Made by a program: the position numbers and the translations under genes
Shown: piece after piece, positions 62,666 through 64,000 of the stretch
How positions within the stretch are numbered: the first letter of the stretch is position 1
How the letters are laid out: each line of letters starts with the position of its first letter
The notes under the pieces: generated by a model
Database searches by the model: none
Told to the model about the DNA's origin: nothing
What the model saw: only the letters and a program-made list of their open reading frames with translations
Virus record (IMG/VR): IMGVR_UViG_3300022928_000007
Reading direction: 5' to 3' (one strand)
DNA: 64,000 nucleotides
Source: an uncultured virus (IMG/VR IMGVR_UViG_3300022928_000007)
Taxonomy: Duplodnaviria; Heunggongvirae; Uroviricota; Caudoviricetes

Positions 62666-64000
62666 ATGGCACACGAATTAGTAGCAAGAAATGGTTTAAG
62701 AGTCTCAGGAAGTACATTCCTTGGTGACGTACAATTAGACCAAACATTATCAGCTACTGTTCTTGCGTTAGACCCGTCAAATAATGAAGTAAACTATTTA
62801 TCACTAGCCTCTTTTAGTGGTGATACTTTCATTACAGGTGGAACACTAACAGGAACAGGTAGTAAAGACCTTGAATTAACAAATAATCAAGGAGGTTCAT
62901 TCACAATTAGTGATGTGAATATTCACATTACAGGTGGAACATTAAACGGAGGATTAGGAGCGATTACATATACCGCTAATGATGCTTCAACATTTAACGT
63001 AGAAGTTGCGGCGGTAACAGGTCTGACTTATAACAATGATTGGGATATCGCTTTTGAGGGGTATGGAACATTAAGTACAAGTCCTGTTGAATTACCATTT
63101 ATTACAGGTGGTACATTTGCAGCTGGAACTCTTACATTAGGTATAAACGGAGGATTAGAATCAGACATTGAAGTAACAGGTTTCTCAGCTTTAGATACAT
63201 TTGTTACAGGTGGTACAATCAATTCACCAATAGATGGTACATTAAGACTTACATTAAACGATGGTAATAATGTAGACGTTACAGGTTTAGAATTTTTCAC
63301 TACAGGTGACTCAGGAGGTTCAACTTTCTATAATGGAAGTAGAATTAATTTTAGAGGAGGACCAGGTTTAAATGTTGTAGATGATGGTAGTTTAACTATC
63401 ACTACTTTTTTAGACCAAGCATATGTTTCAGGTGGTTCGATAACTAATAATAGTATAACTTTAAATACTTCAGTTGGTACTACAAATATAGGTACAATAT
63501 CTGCGGTAACAGGTGTAACTTACAGTAGTGCATGGGACGTAGCATTTGCAGGGTCAGGTACACTTGGTACAACTCCTGTAGCGTTACCATTTATCACAGG
63601 GGCAACATTAAATGCGGGTACACTTACTTTAGAAATTAATGATGGTTTAGAAACAGATATTGAAGTATCAGGTTTTGGCACATTAACAGGTGATACATTC
63701 GTGACGGGTGCAACTGTTGATTATCCACAGGCGACTTTAGAAAGAAATGATGGTAACACAGTTGTAATTGACTCAGAACAAACACTAAGAGTAACATCAT
63801 CAGGTGTTGGTACACAAGTCTTATTTACTATTGACCCATTACAGTATGGGGCGGTACATGTTGAATATTTCTTAACTGAAAAAGGTGGTGGAAACGGATA
63901 TCGTTCAGGTTTCTTTACTGCAGTATTTGGTAAAAGTCCTGAAAACGTTGATATTGTAGAGTTCGCTGACTGGTCAACTGTTGATTTAGGTACATTTAGT
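62666..64000 (+). CDS. Second tail fibre-like protein, 3'-truncated by window (not in ORF track)
   Basis: ATG at 62666 (MAHELVARNGLRVSGS...); frame appears open to the window end with ITGGT/VTGGT repeats. Confidence 0.8.
   Translation, partial: MAHELVARNGLRVSGSTFLGDVQLDQTLSATVLALDPSNNEVNYLSLASFSGDTFITGGTLTGTGSKDLELTNNQGGSFTISDVNIHITGGTLNGGLGAITYTANDASTFNVEVAAVTGLTYNNDWDIAFEGYGTLSTSPVELPFITGGTFAAGTLTLGINGGLESDIEVTGFSALDTFVTGGTINSPIDGTLRLTLNDGNNVDVTGLEFFTTGDSGGSTFYNGSRINFRGGPGLNVVDDGSLTITTFLDQAYVSGGSITNNSITLNTSVGTTNIGTISAVTGVTYSSAWDVAFAGSGTLGTTPVALPFITGATLNAGTLTLEINDGLETDIEVSGFGTLTGDTFVTGATVDYPQATLERNDGNTVVIDSEQTLRVTSSGVGTQVLFTIDPLQYGAVHVEYFLTEKGGGNGYRSGFFTAVFGKSPENVDIVEFADWSTVDLGTFS

Noticed and set aside
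2739..63300. Other short ORFs nested antisense or out-of-frame within long genes (e.g. 2739-3035, 11031-11405, 15733-16131, 40711-41175, 63028-63300)
   Set aside because: Fully overlap well-supported genes, have shadow-like composition and no motifs.
1..64000. Stop-codon reassignment as seen in some large phages
   Set aside because: Very long ORFs are intact under the standard code and tile the window without fragmentation.
1..64000. tRNA, rRNA, DGR or integrase elements
   Set aside because: Intergenic gaps are short and AT-rich with no cloverleaf seen; no reverse transcriptase or integrase-type ORF.

Overview
A 64-kb, AT-rich, densely coding segment of a large T4-like myovirus (jumbo-type phage) using the standard genetic code. 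It holds the 3' end of a family B DNA polymerase, neck/head-completion genes, a SNF2 helicase, tail sheath, tube, chaperone and tape-measure-like genes, and very large baseplate proteins. A replication cassette (gp32-like SSB, UvsX, 5'-3' exonuclease, DnaB-like helicase, ATP-cone NrdB plus NrdA) sits inside the baseplate region. The window ends in giant adhesin/fibre genes with SprB-like repeats, vWA-like domains and a mucin-like Thr/Pro stalk. Several clues point to a Bacteroidetes/Flavobacteria host. The most interesting signals: (1) a Mn-type SOD fused to a PD-(D/E)XK-like domain, with I/L-x-E sites at its domain borders; similar leaders on other small proteins suggest protease-processed cargo packaged in the head; (2) a class Id-like (superoxide-activated Mn) RNR in the same phage as that SOD; (3) two promoter-like motif classes, TATTTAT before structural genes and TTGA..TTGTTATATTATAA before DNA-metabolism genes; (4) an unannotated ribbon-helix-helix gene with a tandem operator-like repeat, divergent from the sheath gene; (5) a candidate +1/-2 frameshift between tail chaperone ORFs. 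All functional calls come from motif recognition by eye; no database searches were run.
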